Assembly: GCA_000708835.1 (NCBI GenBank)
Contig: DF237021.1
Coordinates: 1-64,000 of the forward strand
Length of the DNA stretch: 64,000 nt
Origin: Klebsormidium nitens
Taxonomy: Eukaryota > Plantae > Klebsormidiophyceae
Reading direction: 5' to 3'
The notes below the pieces were generated by a model. It ran no database searches, was not told the origin of the DNA, and saw only the letters and a program-made list of their open reading frames with translations. A program made the position numbers and the translations under genes. Below, piece after piece: positions 22,801 to 33,700 of this stretch; position 1 is the stretch's first letter, and every line of letters begins with the position of its first letter.

Positions 22801-23512
22801 GCATCATGGACGCAGTGTGCCACACTTACCTCATGTGTCAGAACCGCCTCTTCTCTGGCACAGATCTTCTTGAAGTGGTTCGCTTCTCTGTCGAGGACAT
22901 CCTTATCGCCCCCGCTTCCCTTTGCAGATACACATTGCTCTTGTACATTTGAGTGTTTGCCTCGGAAGTTCCCAACCGGAGCTTCCAGTTACTTTGTCAG
23001 AGATCGCTTTTTCTTTTGAGTAAAACATTTGCTACTCGTCCGCTTTGCGTTAAACATTCTTTTCTCGTCCGCTTCCTCACGCAGGTACACTCTGTTTTTG
23101 TGTTCCCGAGTGTTGGCCTTCGAAACGCTCCACTAAAGTTTCCAGTTGCTTGCTGCGCTAACCAGTTCTTGTTCAAGGAAACATCTCATACTAGTTCACT
23201 TTTCCTTGCAGGTACACCCTCTTCCTGTACTTCCGAGTGTTGGCCCCCGAGGCACTCGACTGGAGCTTCCAGCTGCTGTTCGCGAGCAGCGAGCCCGGAA
23301 AGTCCGCCCCGACCAAAAAGATGGTTCAGATGGTGGGTACCGAGACGCTCAACATGCCCCCGCCCGGTACCCAGGAGCGAGCTACCGAGGCCTTCAAGGA
23401 GAATCTGAAGAACCGGGCCTGGGACGGGAACCATAAGAAGAGTGAGAATGGGAAGCAGGAGAATGGGAAGCAGGAGAACGGCCAGCAGAATGGCCAGAAG
23501 AAAGAGCAGTAA
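16840..23512 (+). CDS. Short-chain dehydrogenase/reductase, 11beta-hydroxysteroid dehydrogenase/steroleosin-like, 6 exons, ~392 aa
   Basis: Exons 16840-17034, 18827-19019, 20152-20375, 21333-21497, 22207-22307 and 23212-23512 join in phase (1179 nt). Hydrophobic proline-containing N-terminal anchor, VVVVTGASSGIGE, LVLAARR, ADV, DILVNNAG, catalytic YNAAK and LPGWVASEMT. Confidence 0.93.
18270..18826 (+). repeat. Three tandem degenerate copies of the intron1/exon2 junction (SDR gene)
   Basis: Branch point + pyrimidine tract + AG + the first ~60-80 nt of exon 2, with exon-like starts at 18305, 18470 and 18647. The real exon starts at 18827 (spacings 165, 177, 180). Confidence 0.9.
19085..19333 (+). 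repeat. Two degenerate copies of the exon2 3' end plus donor (SDR gene)
   Basis: ...GACCATGCCATCCAGAGATTTGACAGAC|GTGAGT with GT at 19186, and ...GCCATGCAATCCAGAATGAACCGAC|GTAGGT with GT at 19328. The real donor is at 19020. Confidence 0.88.
19970..20046 (+). repeat. Degenerate copy of the intron2/exon3 junction (SDR gene)
   Basis: CAG|TCGACATTTTCGTCATTAACGCGGGCGTGGCCCAC at 20000 versus the real CAG|TCGACATTTTGGTCAATAACGCGGGAGTCGCCCAC at 20152. Confidence 0.88.
20850..21332 (+). repeat. Three tandem degenerate copies of the intron3/exon4 junction (SDR gene)
   Basis: GCGGCGAARCACGCGGCGCTGGG..TT.GACACG-like blocks start at 20887 (AG lost), 21048 and 21189. The real exon starts at 21333 (spacings 161, 141, 144). 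The inter-copy spacers are also mutually similar. Confidence 0.92.
22900..23211 (+). repeat. Two degenerate copies of the intron5/exon6 junction (SDR gene)
   Basis: TTGCAG|ATACACATTG...GAGTGTTTG...GGAGCTTCCAG at 22928 and CGCAG|GTACACTCTG...CCGAGTGTTGGCC at 23085, versus the real exon at 23212 (spacings 157, 127). Confidence 0.8.
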
Positions 23513-24599
23513 ATGGTTCTGGCATGCAAGGTTTGTGACTGAAGATAGTCGACCGGAAGGGAAGTTGAAGGGTTGAATGGACGGATAGAATATGCGGGTT
23601 GGGCGATAGGAACGTTTTGTATAGTACAGGCTGTTTTGGGCAAGCTTTAGTGGTTTGTTGCGAGAATACGTGCCAAGACTCGCACGATACCATGTAAGAT
23701 AGACGCAAGCGACGTTGAGAAAGAAAGCGGCATACAATTTTGCCGACGAGAAAAAGTAGATTATGACAGCTGGTTTTGATGCAACCCAATATGCAGATTC
23801 TGTGTTCGCGTCACTCAAGAGGTTGACTCCGAGGCTTTTGTCATTCCATCAGTAGATATCCGTGCTGCAAATCGTACGTGATACTTACCGAAAATCTATT
23901 GTATTCACAGGCCATGATGAAGCATCGTTTTCGTGCATTGGAAAAATGCGTAGCCGGCGCGATTGTATGCTTTCCATCTTGCAGAAACAGTTCATTTTCC
24001 ATTTCGTCTATAACTGGCACCCCAGAAATGCTCGAATACGGTGGCTTAGCTAATCTACCAGGTTCAGTTTACCTCGAGATACGAACCTCAAGGCCTTCCA
24101 ACAAGATACCATTGAGTTGCCATGATACCTAATGGCAATCCAATTTGCATTTCGGCCGCTCTAGCTATGTAGTTCGTAATCTTCCGATCTCTTTTTGATC
24201 GGAGACAAAACTACGCACTGATCATGCAATTCATATAAGACTTAATCGTTGGCTTTGTATGCGGTCTGTACTTGAAACATGGCGCGGTGGTGCTACGGCG
24301 CCGCATGCTGGCCGCCTAAACGTAGAGAATATCGTCAATATTCGCGAGTTCATTTATCCAATGCTGCATCAAAAAGTTGGCTTGTGCATGCCTGTGCTCA
24401 CCGTCTGCATATCGGCGTGTAGCATCCGAAGGTGGCTGCGCCCCGTCACACGCAGCTGATAAATTCCAATACCCTGGCATTTACCAAGACGTAACAATTA
24501 CTAGGGTCGCCCCAGAGTGGACTTTAGAGCAGAGCAAAGCAGCGTGGGTAATCTGGTTAAAGCTGACCTTGTTGCCCTAGTAACTTCAGTGAAGTCAGA

Positions 24600-24710
24600 T
24601 CGAGAGCGGCCGGCTGCTGCGCCGCGCTCCGAGCTGGCCCGGGGCCGGCATCGTGGCCCGGCGCGCCCGCCAGCCGCCAGGCGGCCGCGCGCGGCTGCGC
24701 TACGTACTAG
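24600..24710 (+). mobile_element. Possible mini-Helitron or Helitron 3' end
   Basis: A|TC at 24599/24600, a GC hairpin CGGCCGCGCGCGGCTG at 24682-24697, and CTAG at 24707-24710 followed by T. These are short motifs that could arise by chance in GC-rich DNA. Confidence 0.3.
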
Positions 24711-25956
24711 TATATTTCAAATATAAGTTTCCTACAAACCCCCGCGGTTTCAAAACCTAGGCCCGAAACGCGCGGCGGGCTCTTTTAATTGGGCGTCGAG
24801 CTAGGCTGACCAGTCTTATTCCACGCTCTGATTTCTGATGGGAAAGCTTGACTATAATGGCAGCCGTCAAATTGACCAAGATATGGCAGGTCACCGGCAT
24901 TGCGGCAATCCCTGCGCCTAATCGCTTTACAGGTTCTCCCGCAAAATTTCCGCTAGGACGATTGCTAATTCACTCGTGCGACTTTCAGCGCTTGCAAATT
25001 CCAGAGACATTTGAAAGAAACGTGGATACCAATGACCAGAGTCTTTGGCGGCCTGAGAGGAGCACATTCAGCGCTTCGGCAGGCGCGGACGCACTTGCGC
25101 CCCCTCCCAGCTTGCTTTGCCACGTCAGCATGTCCGAGCCTATCAGGCTGCAAGCTCCCTGCGCCAACGTGGATAGCTTTCTCTCTTGGACAGCTCCCCC
25201 ACTGAAAGCAGCAAACAACGTTTCATCCGTTGCTATCAAGGGGGAGGAGAGGGCAGATCAGGTTCTGGTGAGCAACGACAAGGAAGAGAGAAGGTTTTGT
25301 CAGACCTGCTTGCTCAGAATGCACAATGTCATTGTCATCCCTTCTCAGCTCACATTGCTTTGGAGTCTTCGCCTTTCGCAAAACTTCTCCTTGACGACAC
25401 AATCCTACAGCACTAGTCAAATCTCCAGCTTGAGGTGGTAGAAACGTGGCCAAAAAGACTCATGTCTGAGATCACTTATGTCAGCCTACTCAGCGCAGCT
25501 GATGCTGCATGACTGAGCCGCTAATTTTCCAGGCGTTGACAGCCCTTCCTTATCGAGAAGACTTTCGAAGGACACTGAATTTGCAAGTGACCTTGAGGCC
25601 TCGGAATATCCACTGAAGATACTGAAAATTGTTTCGCCTAATGCCAGACTTAGAGGCGCGTCCTCAGCGTTGACATTTTTTGGATCTGAAACTCTCCTTT
25701 TTGAATCGCTTAGGTATTGGCAAATCGTGATAATCTCGATATCGAGTGCCGGCCTACAAAGCCACCGGTAGCCTCCTCGGGATTCTGGCCCTTTCCACGT
25801 ACGAGGCACCCGTTTTCAAGGGTCAGACCTGTTTCGTTTTCTTAATCTGAAATAGAGACCTCAACCCTCCGTGCTTACAATATCTGCCGAGGAACGCCTA
25901 GATACACCAGCCTCTCTTGTTTTTCACCTTTACTTTCTTGCACTCACTCTTGCAGA

Positions 25957-28900
25957 TTTCGCAATTGCTCGTCTTCGTAATCTCCTATTCCACGTCGACT
26001 GTACTTCTTGGTCCAATGGCCACCAAGTTTGGTGAAAGATTGGCGGAGGGTTTGGAAGACACCTGCTTGAGGCGAGCGGTGCGAAAGAGCCTGCAAACGC
26101 CCTTCGAGCCCTTACTGCTGGTTCATAGCGTTGGAACCCGTGAGTCCGACTTACATGTTAAATGGTTTTTGTTCTTGCTTATCACGTCATGGGACTTGGG
26201 GACAAGAATTGACGCTGAAAGACGAGCTCGCCTTGTTTCTGCTGCACGGGAGAGCTTCTGGCTGGAACCGATTGTTTGTCAATGGGTCCTCCGAGTTCCT
26301 AGTTTCCGTGAAAATTCCATGTTTCGTGCCATATTTTAACCGAGATGACTGCAGTAATAGCTTCATTGCTCGTCCGTACTTGCTTGTACGTCGTAAATGA
26401 TCTAATCATCTGCCTGATAGATTCAAATGTCCGGTTCCTTTCCTGGCACTCTCAAATAAAAGCGACCCTGCAAGAGCCAATTAATCCCCTAATTCAGAGT
26501 TGACATCGGGAGCGGGGTGAAGCTTCATCCTGATCGCCGCGAATAGAGCAATTGCTAGACCCTTGACGAAACCTTAACCTGCTTTCCATGCCCGGATTTT
26601 CTGCCAGCAATTCCGTACCTGAGGCGGTCTGACGTCAGCATCCTGGAGGAGTGCGCACGCGCGGCGGCTGGAGTTGTCGTGCTAAGAGGTGTCGGAAGAA
26701 CAACGGAAGTGCGGCAAGCGGCCGCCGGAAAGCGGAACGTGTTGTACGTGGCGCTTCGGAGTGCCGCCGGTTTGCTAGAAGAAGGAGTGAAGTACGCTTT
26801 GGGTGAGGGCACCTTCCGTGTTCTAGCCTTGGTTGAAGCCCTGCTTGGTTGGGGGTTGTCTTGATTGTACGCTTTGGTTGTTTGTCTTCTTCTGTAAGCT
26901 ATTGCCTGGTCTTCCGCTTCGCACGGGTTGCTTTCTAGACCTTCTGCTCTTTCTAAAACCTACTCGGTTGATCTTCCGACGCTTTGAGGATAAGCACAAA
27001 AACATGCGAAGCATAATGTAGTTCTGCTTCATCCTCTGTTCAAGCATAAGATCAACACAGAACCGCATGTGCTTTTTTGAAAAAGCTAGGCAGAGGCTCG
27101 ACAGCCCGAGATGAAGTTCACGTTGTTTGCTAGATCGTAAAAGTGGACTACTGGCGTCTGATTCGAGGACGCCTCTTCTTTCTCGAAGCACGACGAGCCT
27201 GAAAGTGCGTTGTTTCGGAGAGTGCCGCATCAAATTCTCTACAGCAGTGTCGAAAGCATTCAACTGCTCTTTAGCTGGGAATCTTAAGAAAGTTTCTGAC
27301 ACGTTCGCGAGTCTCAGGTCTCTCCCCTTTCGCATGGAAGGAAGTCGGTCTCGATCGCATCATCCCCCTGATCAAGCAAGGATGGAACCGCCGCTGACGT
27401 CAGCCACCATTTCGATGTCTTCGGATGCGCTGACGTCAGCGGATAAGCCCTTGGTCATCATTGACGACTCCCACATGCTGAGCTGGCAATCTAATGACAG
27501 AAACGAGAGAGAGGCATATGCGAAGTTGCGGCTCTTTCTGGACCTTGCTTGCGAAGGCTACTGCCACCTCGTTCTGGCGACAGAGGAGGATCTTGAACCT
27601 GCAAATCTTTCAGAACGTGAGTCCATTATACTTTCTTCTTTCTCGGTGTGTTGGAAGGAACGATTTTTGATAGAACAAGCTGCTTTCACCGGTCCCTGAA
27701 ACGCAAAATTTGACGTGCTAAGGAAAAGATGACTTAGAATCTAGTACGACCTAGGCATGAGCTGCGTTGCAATTGAGGATGGCAGAGAGTGTTCATTAGT
27801 CAGTAGACATGCTCTTGGACCCGGTAACAAATCTTCGAAATCGTCGATCGATGGGGACAGCCCCAAAGTAATTGCAAACCTCTGGATCTTTCGATGGGGT
27901 TAATTGCATTTAATGCTCTCTAGCAACCGCACAGGTGGGCCCTAGATTGTGACGGCGACGTATTGGGGGTATCTTGTGTGAGGGCGTCGCCGCGTTTCTG
28001 GACTTTTGCCTTTTGAAAACTGCCTGGTTGGCAGATGCCAAAACGTTTGGGTCAAGACAGGAGAAACGTGCTTGCTAACTGTTATCGTCTTCTCCTTGCG
28101 CCTTGCCACAGGCAGTGGCCTGCAACTTCTCGCGAGCCCCGTTAACTAGTACGTTCCTTTAACTCAAGAAGTGGCTACCATACCGGACAGGGATAGGCTG
28201 ACGCAGAACATTCTCGACGCTTCGTCTGCGGACATGTGGGACACGTTACGAAACTCGGTTAATGTTGTCGAGCACCCACGCGATTTCATTCTTTACTACG
28301 TAGCTTACTATTCGCACTTCTATTCACAACGTAATTCATTCTCCACAATCCCCACAGTGCTTCAGCGCTACGAGGCGCGTTCTGTAACCCTGGAATACCT
28401 CGGGGAGAAGGAAGTCAAGGACTACCTCAGAAATGCAACCCCCTGGAACGATGAGATGATTGGGTCTGTATACGAGTACTTCGGAGGGGATATGGGAGAG
28501 ATCGGGTGGATCGTCGGTCTTCACCTTCGGCGAGAGGCAGGCTTAAGCGAGAGCGAAATCAAAGGTGAGCATGATTAAGTATGACTCAGCATGATTAGCT
28601 CCTCTGGTTCGAACTTTGCGGCGGTTCCTTGCCTGAGATTCTTTCCTTGGTCTTCGGCTTCTTCTCGGACCAACGATGGGAGGGGCTCAAAGGTCTTTTA
28701 AACTCGGTAAGACGAGGTGCGCTCGTCAGTGGGTCACGCTGAAGTAAGGTCTGGTCAATTGCCGTCCTACCAAGGGATCAATTGAGATTCAAAGCTGCAT
28801 GTACCAGTCGGTCATAGACGGTTAACTTAAAAGAGGGAGTCAACGGCGAACAAGAACAGTCACGTATACAGCGGCCGAGATCACTTTCAAAATAGGATCT

Positions 28901-29399
28901 TTGCGGCTGGTTGTACCATGACAGAAACACAGACACTGCAATCGATTTCTCCGAGCCCAAAAGTCTACCTTGACAATCAAATGCTCTCCGCTCAAATTCA
29001 GTCTCGCTGCATGCAAGGGCCGTATGGAAGCACCGTGACTTATTGAAACCGCCTCGCACGCTGAATGCAGAGCACCTCGATGAACGGGCCACACGCGTGC
29101 GCCACCGTATTTACTCTGCCTTGGAGGGGCGCATCATGACGAACGAACCAGATAGGGAAATGTCTTTGTATTCACGAGACGTGATGCTTGACGTCCTGTC
29201 TCAGACGGCCGCTCAAGCGCCTGAGCTGGCCAGCGTGATTGACGGACGTGTGCCGTCTACGGACGTCTGGGAAAGCGTGGCGGAAAAACTCCGGGGGACA
29301 AAGGTCCTGTGGCGAAATGCAGACGCCACTTACGCGTTCCGCTCCCCGTTACTGCGAAGAGCGTTTGTGGATCTAAAAACCCGTGAGGAGGAGGAGTAG
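25957..29399 (+). CDS. P-loop NTPase-fold protein (archaeal-ATPase/STAND-like) with degenerate Walker motifs; 5' end unresolved
   Basis: Phase-compatible exons ~25957-26139, ~26608-26802, ~27440-27619, 28169-28564 and 29071-29399 give VVVLRGVGRTTEVRQ...KRNVLYVALRS (Walker A-like), KPLVIIDDSH (Walker B-like), CHLVLAT, YFGGDMGEI and YAFRSPLLRRAF. A possible presequence exon at ~25032-25296 does not give a clean frame. Confidence 0.62.
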
Positions 29400-30754
29400 C
29401 TTGCCCGGCCGGCCGTTTCCGGTCTCGCGACCGGTGCTTGAAGCTTACTGAGAGGATGAGAGGGACAGATATGCAGTCATATAATGCCCGCTGATGGGGT
29501 ATCGGCTAAATCAAAGTTGCTAGCAGTACCGCATACCCAGCACCAAACATGAGAACCGGTTAGCAGTGGGCCGATTCCCTGAGGTCGAGATTCTCCCGCT
29601 GGAAGTACAAGTTTTATTCAGCGGTTACAAGAGAGCCCGCGAATGACGATCTGCAGTCACAATTTCATCGATACGTTTGAAAGATCGAAGTTTGGCAAGT
29701 CTGCGCGCGCAACTTAGATTGGTCATGAGTCAGCACAAGGACAGTAACATTGTCAGTATGAAACAAGAAGCTAGCGGTATGACAGTCGCTCAACGAAAAC
29801 CATATACCGTGACTGGCGCAAAACAAAAAGGGACCGGCCATTGGTTTGTTGCATGAGCTGCACATGTGCCGTACTGCCATATAGTCAAGTCCTTATATGC
29901 GAGATGATTATATCGCAGCCGAGTGCTTATAGTATACACGCACGAACCCATCCGATCCAGTGCGTCCGAATGTGCATGATTCTCTTCGCGATTGTGCAGT
30001 AAGCCGACCATGTAACCTTTCATCGCTCATGAGCGCGACCTTTTCCCATATCCTCATGGCATGCGTAGGATATACTCAAGGACGTCCCCAGGGATCAGCA
30101 GAACTACATGCATGTGTCCAGCTATCTCACGGCACGCACACCGTCTACGTTCTAGGATGCATTCTCGGGCCAGGGACCGAAGTCTAAGGTCCAATCTAAG
30201 CTGAAAGGCTGCATCATGCATCTCGACTTGTTCGGATGATATTTCAGAAGCGAGGACTTTGTCGTTGATTAATTGACCTGCTAGCGCGTCGTCCAGAACC
30301 TCACTCTGCAAGTTTGGATAGTCATTTTCCTCCGACATTTTCAAGTAAGTGGTAAACCTCGTCAGTATTCGGGCCGACCTATGTGCCGAACATTGACCCC
30401 ATGGTTCGAAAACCTCGTCACCTGAAGGTAAGGGTGCTTTCTTGGTATTGATAATCTTTGCTTCAACTTACACTACTGAGCGCTAGTAGTTACCGATCTT
30501 TACTCACTGACTTGCTATCAAAGCAACTCGCTTCACCTACTCCTGTACTTCTTACATGACAGAGAAGCACACAACAGCCGGTGCAACCGTTTCAATTACG
30601 CTGTCAGTTTGTGCTGTTCCTAACCGACCGCGCTCTCTTCGTAATCTTGGCTTCAAGGACGTCAATGCCTCCGTAACCGCCGTGGCCGTTCCCGCTTCCA
30701 TTTGCGGCTGCTGCCGTCCCGTCTTCTTCCTGGAAGGGCGTCAATGCTACATCG

Positions 30755-33700
30755 TCAGGTCCTTTCAAGCTCAAACCCGAATGCTGACTTCCCTTTTCCA
30801 TCATCGCCCCAAGCCACTTTCGGCAGGTCGTCAAAGGTCAGAAAGATTGCTTTGTCTTCTAGCTGAAAGCGCAGCACTACGACCTGATGCCTGATCCAAG
30901 TCCTTAACAGAGTCGACTGCTCGGGCATTTCTGTTTTTGTTTCCCGACGCCGTCCGGAACGAAGAGAGTCTCCAGGGGCGGAAATCGAATCATGAGGAAA
31001 GCCACTACGCAGCAAAAGCATACTCTGAAGTGAGCAGTGGGGAGGCAGTCCACAAGCGAACCCTACACCCATCCCTGCGCCGCACGCCCATCACGCTGCC
31101 ATCGTCAAGACTTGTCCGAAGGCTAATTGGTATCATCCGGTGTTCTCGACGCGCAGGCTTCGCCTGCCCGTTCCGTCAGTCAGTTGCAGAGACAGCCCCA
31201 AATTATTCCAGATCCATTAACTGCGCCTGTCTAAAAGCTCGTCCCCTGCTCAATGATGGACTATTTCAGGAGATATAAGGGCCAAGAATAGTTAACTCCG
31301 ACCAACACAAAACCCTTAACCCAGCAATTCACCTGCTCCACACCGGTACCCACCCTACTTCCCAAACTAAACTAGCCCCACCCGTCTCAGGCTGGTGAGC
31401 TGATTATTCCTGCCGCTTAGTAGTCCGAGCTCTCCGCTCACCTCTTCCGAGTCGGGCACGACCATGTCCTCCTCCGCAGTCTTCCTCGCGACGCTCTTTC
31501 TCTTCCTGCCCCGACCTCTTCCCCGGCCTGCGCCGCCCCTGCCAGAGCCCCCGGGGCCCTCCCCCGACTGCCTCCTTTGGGCCCGGGCCGCGTCGTTCTT
31601 GAGGTTTTTGAGGAGCATGGCAAGGTCGGCCAGCCCACCGCCCAGTTCGATCTGCTCGGCCTGAGGAGCGGGAAGAAGACGACCTCAGTAAGTGGGGCAA
31701 GATTTGGAGAATGCAGGGTTCGTTCTTGAGGTTTGTGAGGCGCATCGCAAGGTCGGCCAACCCCCCGCTCAGTTCGATCTGCTCGGCCTAAGGAGCGGAA
31801 AGGAAAAAGCTTAGGATCAACGGTTGCCAGATCCAGACAATAGGGGTCTGGTTGTCCAGGGTTCTGAATCTCAAAATTGTGAGGCTTGGAGTTTGCTGTT
31901 CCGGTTTGTCCTCAGGGCGTCGGACGTTTGCGATTCGGATCTGGGCCACACGACCCCGGATTGCAGACTTTAGCACTTGCGACACGCCGAAGAGCGTCAA
32001 AGGATTTCGGGCTTCGACGAGATCCCTGAGCGACGGGAGAGCGCTCTTTACTTGATGCAGAAAGAAGCGCTTCAGATAGAGGGCTCTGGTAAAGAGCACC
32101 TATTGCCGCGATAAGATGGCCGCAAGGAAAAGCGTCCTACCCAATAGCTCTTTCCACCTAGATACTCAGCCCCATGCAGCAAGCTAGACTTTTGCCAACT
32201 CAGTGCCTCCGGAAAGCCCTTCTCTGCGCAAAAGCGACTGATACCACCGACCTTTGTCGTGCTCTTTTAAGACAGTTCTTAGTGCCGCAGCAGTTATTGC
32301 ATAATGTGGTACGAATTATACCCAGCCCGGTACGTACCAGCATGTCCCGCAGCACCTCCTCCCCGAACGTCGGGTACTTGGCCACCAGGTTTTGGAACTC
32401 CGCCTCTCTCTCCGTCTGCTCCAGAGCCGCCAGCGCAGAGTCTTTTCCCTCGCCCTCCCTAGTTGCACCCTCCCCTGTCTCTCTCTGCTTCTCAGTCGGC
32501 CCTGCCCCGTTCACACCGTTCTTGGGGAGCCCGTTCACACCAATTCCGCTCCTGCCGGTCCCGTTTGCCTCCGTTCCGTTGAAAGCCGTTCCGTTCTGGC
32601 CCTTTTCCCGGTGCCCATTCACACCGGTCCCGTTCTCACTCCCAGCGGGCAGCCCATCGGCGCGCCCCTTGCCCTTGCGTCTCCGCTCCAGGTCTTCCTC
32701 ACTCTGCTCGTCTACGTCAGCCTCCGAGTTGCTGACGTCATCGTCCGCTTCCTCTCCGTCTTCCTCCGGAATTCCGGCCTCAACAGCAGCCTCTCCGCCC
32801 TCGGCTTCCGGTTCCGCTTGCTCCCGGGCGGCCTTCTCGGCGGCCGCCTGGATGCCAGCAATGATTTCGACCATCTCGCGGTTCACCTGCGACGAGGAAC
32901 GGAATTGGGGCTTGGAAGTGTTTCGCATTTCCCTTTGTCGAGCAGCCGCAGTGGATAAAGCACATGTTTCATGTAGCCAAGATTCGAACCTTGGATTCTA
33001 GGCGCCTGCAAAATTACTAACAGAGAGGGCGTGAGAGTCAATCGGCAGGCGGCCAATTTGAGAGCGGCGCACGACAGGCCGTGGGCAAGAGAATACAGGC
33101 TGGCTTGTTTTGGGTGAGCTTTTTGCATCACTCCAGCCGCGGTTAGCTGTCAAACTGGGTAGTTTTCGACTGCCGATCTCATGAATCACAATTTGCTTGC
33201 CCTGAACGACCTGTTTCTCACAAGAACGTTCTGATCAGAGCCTTGCCACCGCTCAGATTGTCACCTAATTGCTTGCATCCACAACGTCCTAAGCGCCACA
33301 ATTGTGACTGACAGCCTTGTCTGGCGAAGCTTCTTCACAGCAGGAATATGTTCCGTCACTCGACACCGAACTTCGGACTTATACCCACCTGCGGATTGCC
33401 CATGAAGTCGGTGATGTCCGCCTTGCACGCGGGGCAAAGCTTGACCACCTTCTTGACGCGCAGCGACCGCGCGCCCGCCCCCCGGTCTCGAAGCTCCTCG
33501 CCTCCGGTGGCGGCCTCCAGGCACGACTTGCAGAAGTTGTGGCCGCACGGGGTGGTCAGCGGGGCGGTGAGAACGAAGCGGCAGCGCTGGCAGCCAAACT
33601 CTGCGAGGAAGAAGAAAGTTGCGAACATCTTAAGTTGAACCACTTCACGATAAAGAGTGCGGATAAAAAGGTGGACACTTGGACTTGCAACAACTGTGGC

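Noticed and set aside
26823-27335. 170-aa antisense ORF inside the ATPase-like gene
   Set aside because: It lies in a predicted intron of the plus-strand gene, with no recognisable domain or splice partners.
30054-30344. F-box-like motif LLIPGDVLEYILRMP on the minus strand
   Set aside because: The motif sits at the very end of a short ORF in a CATG-rich spacer, with no downstream domain.
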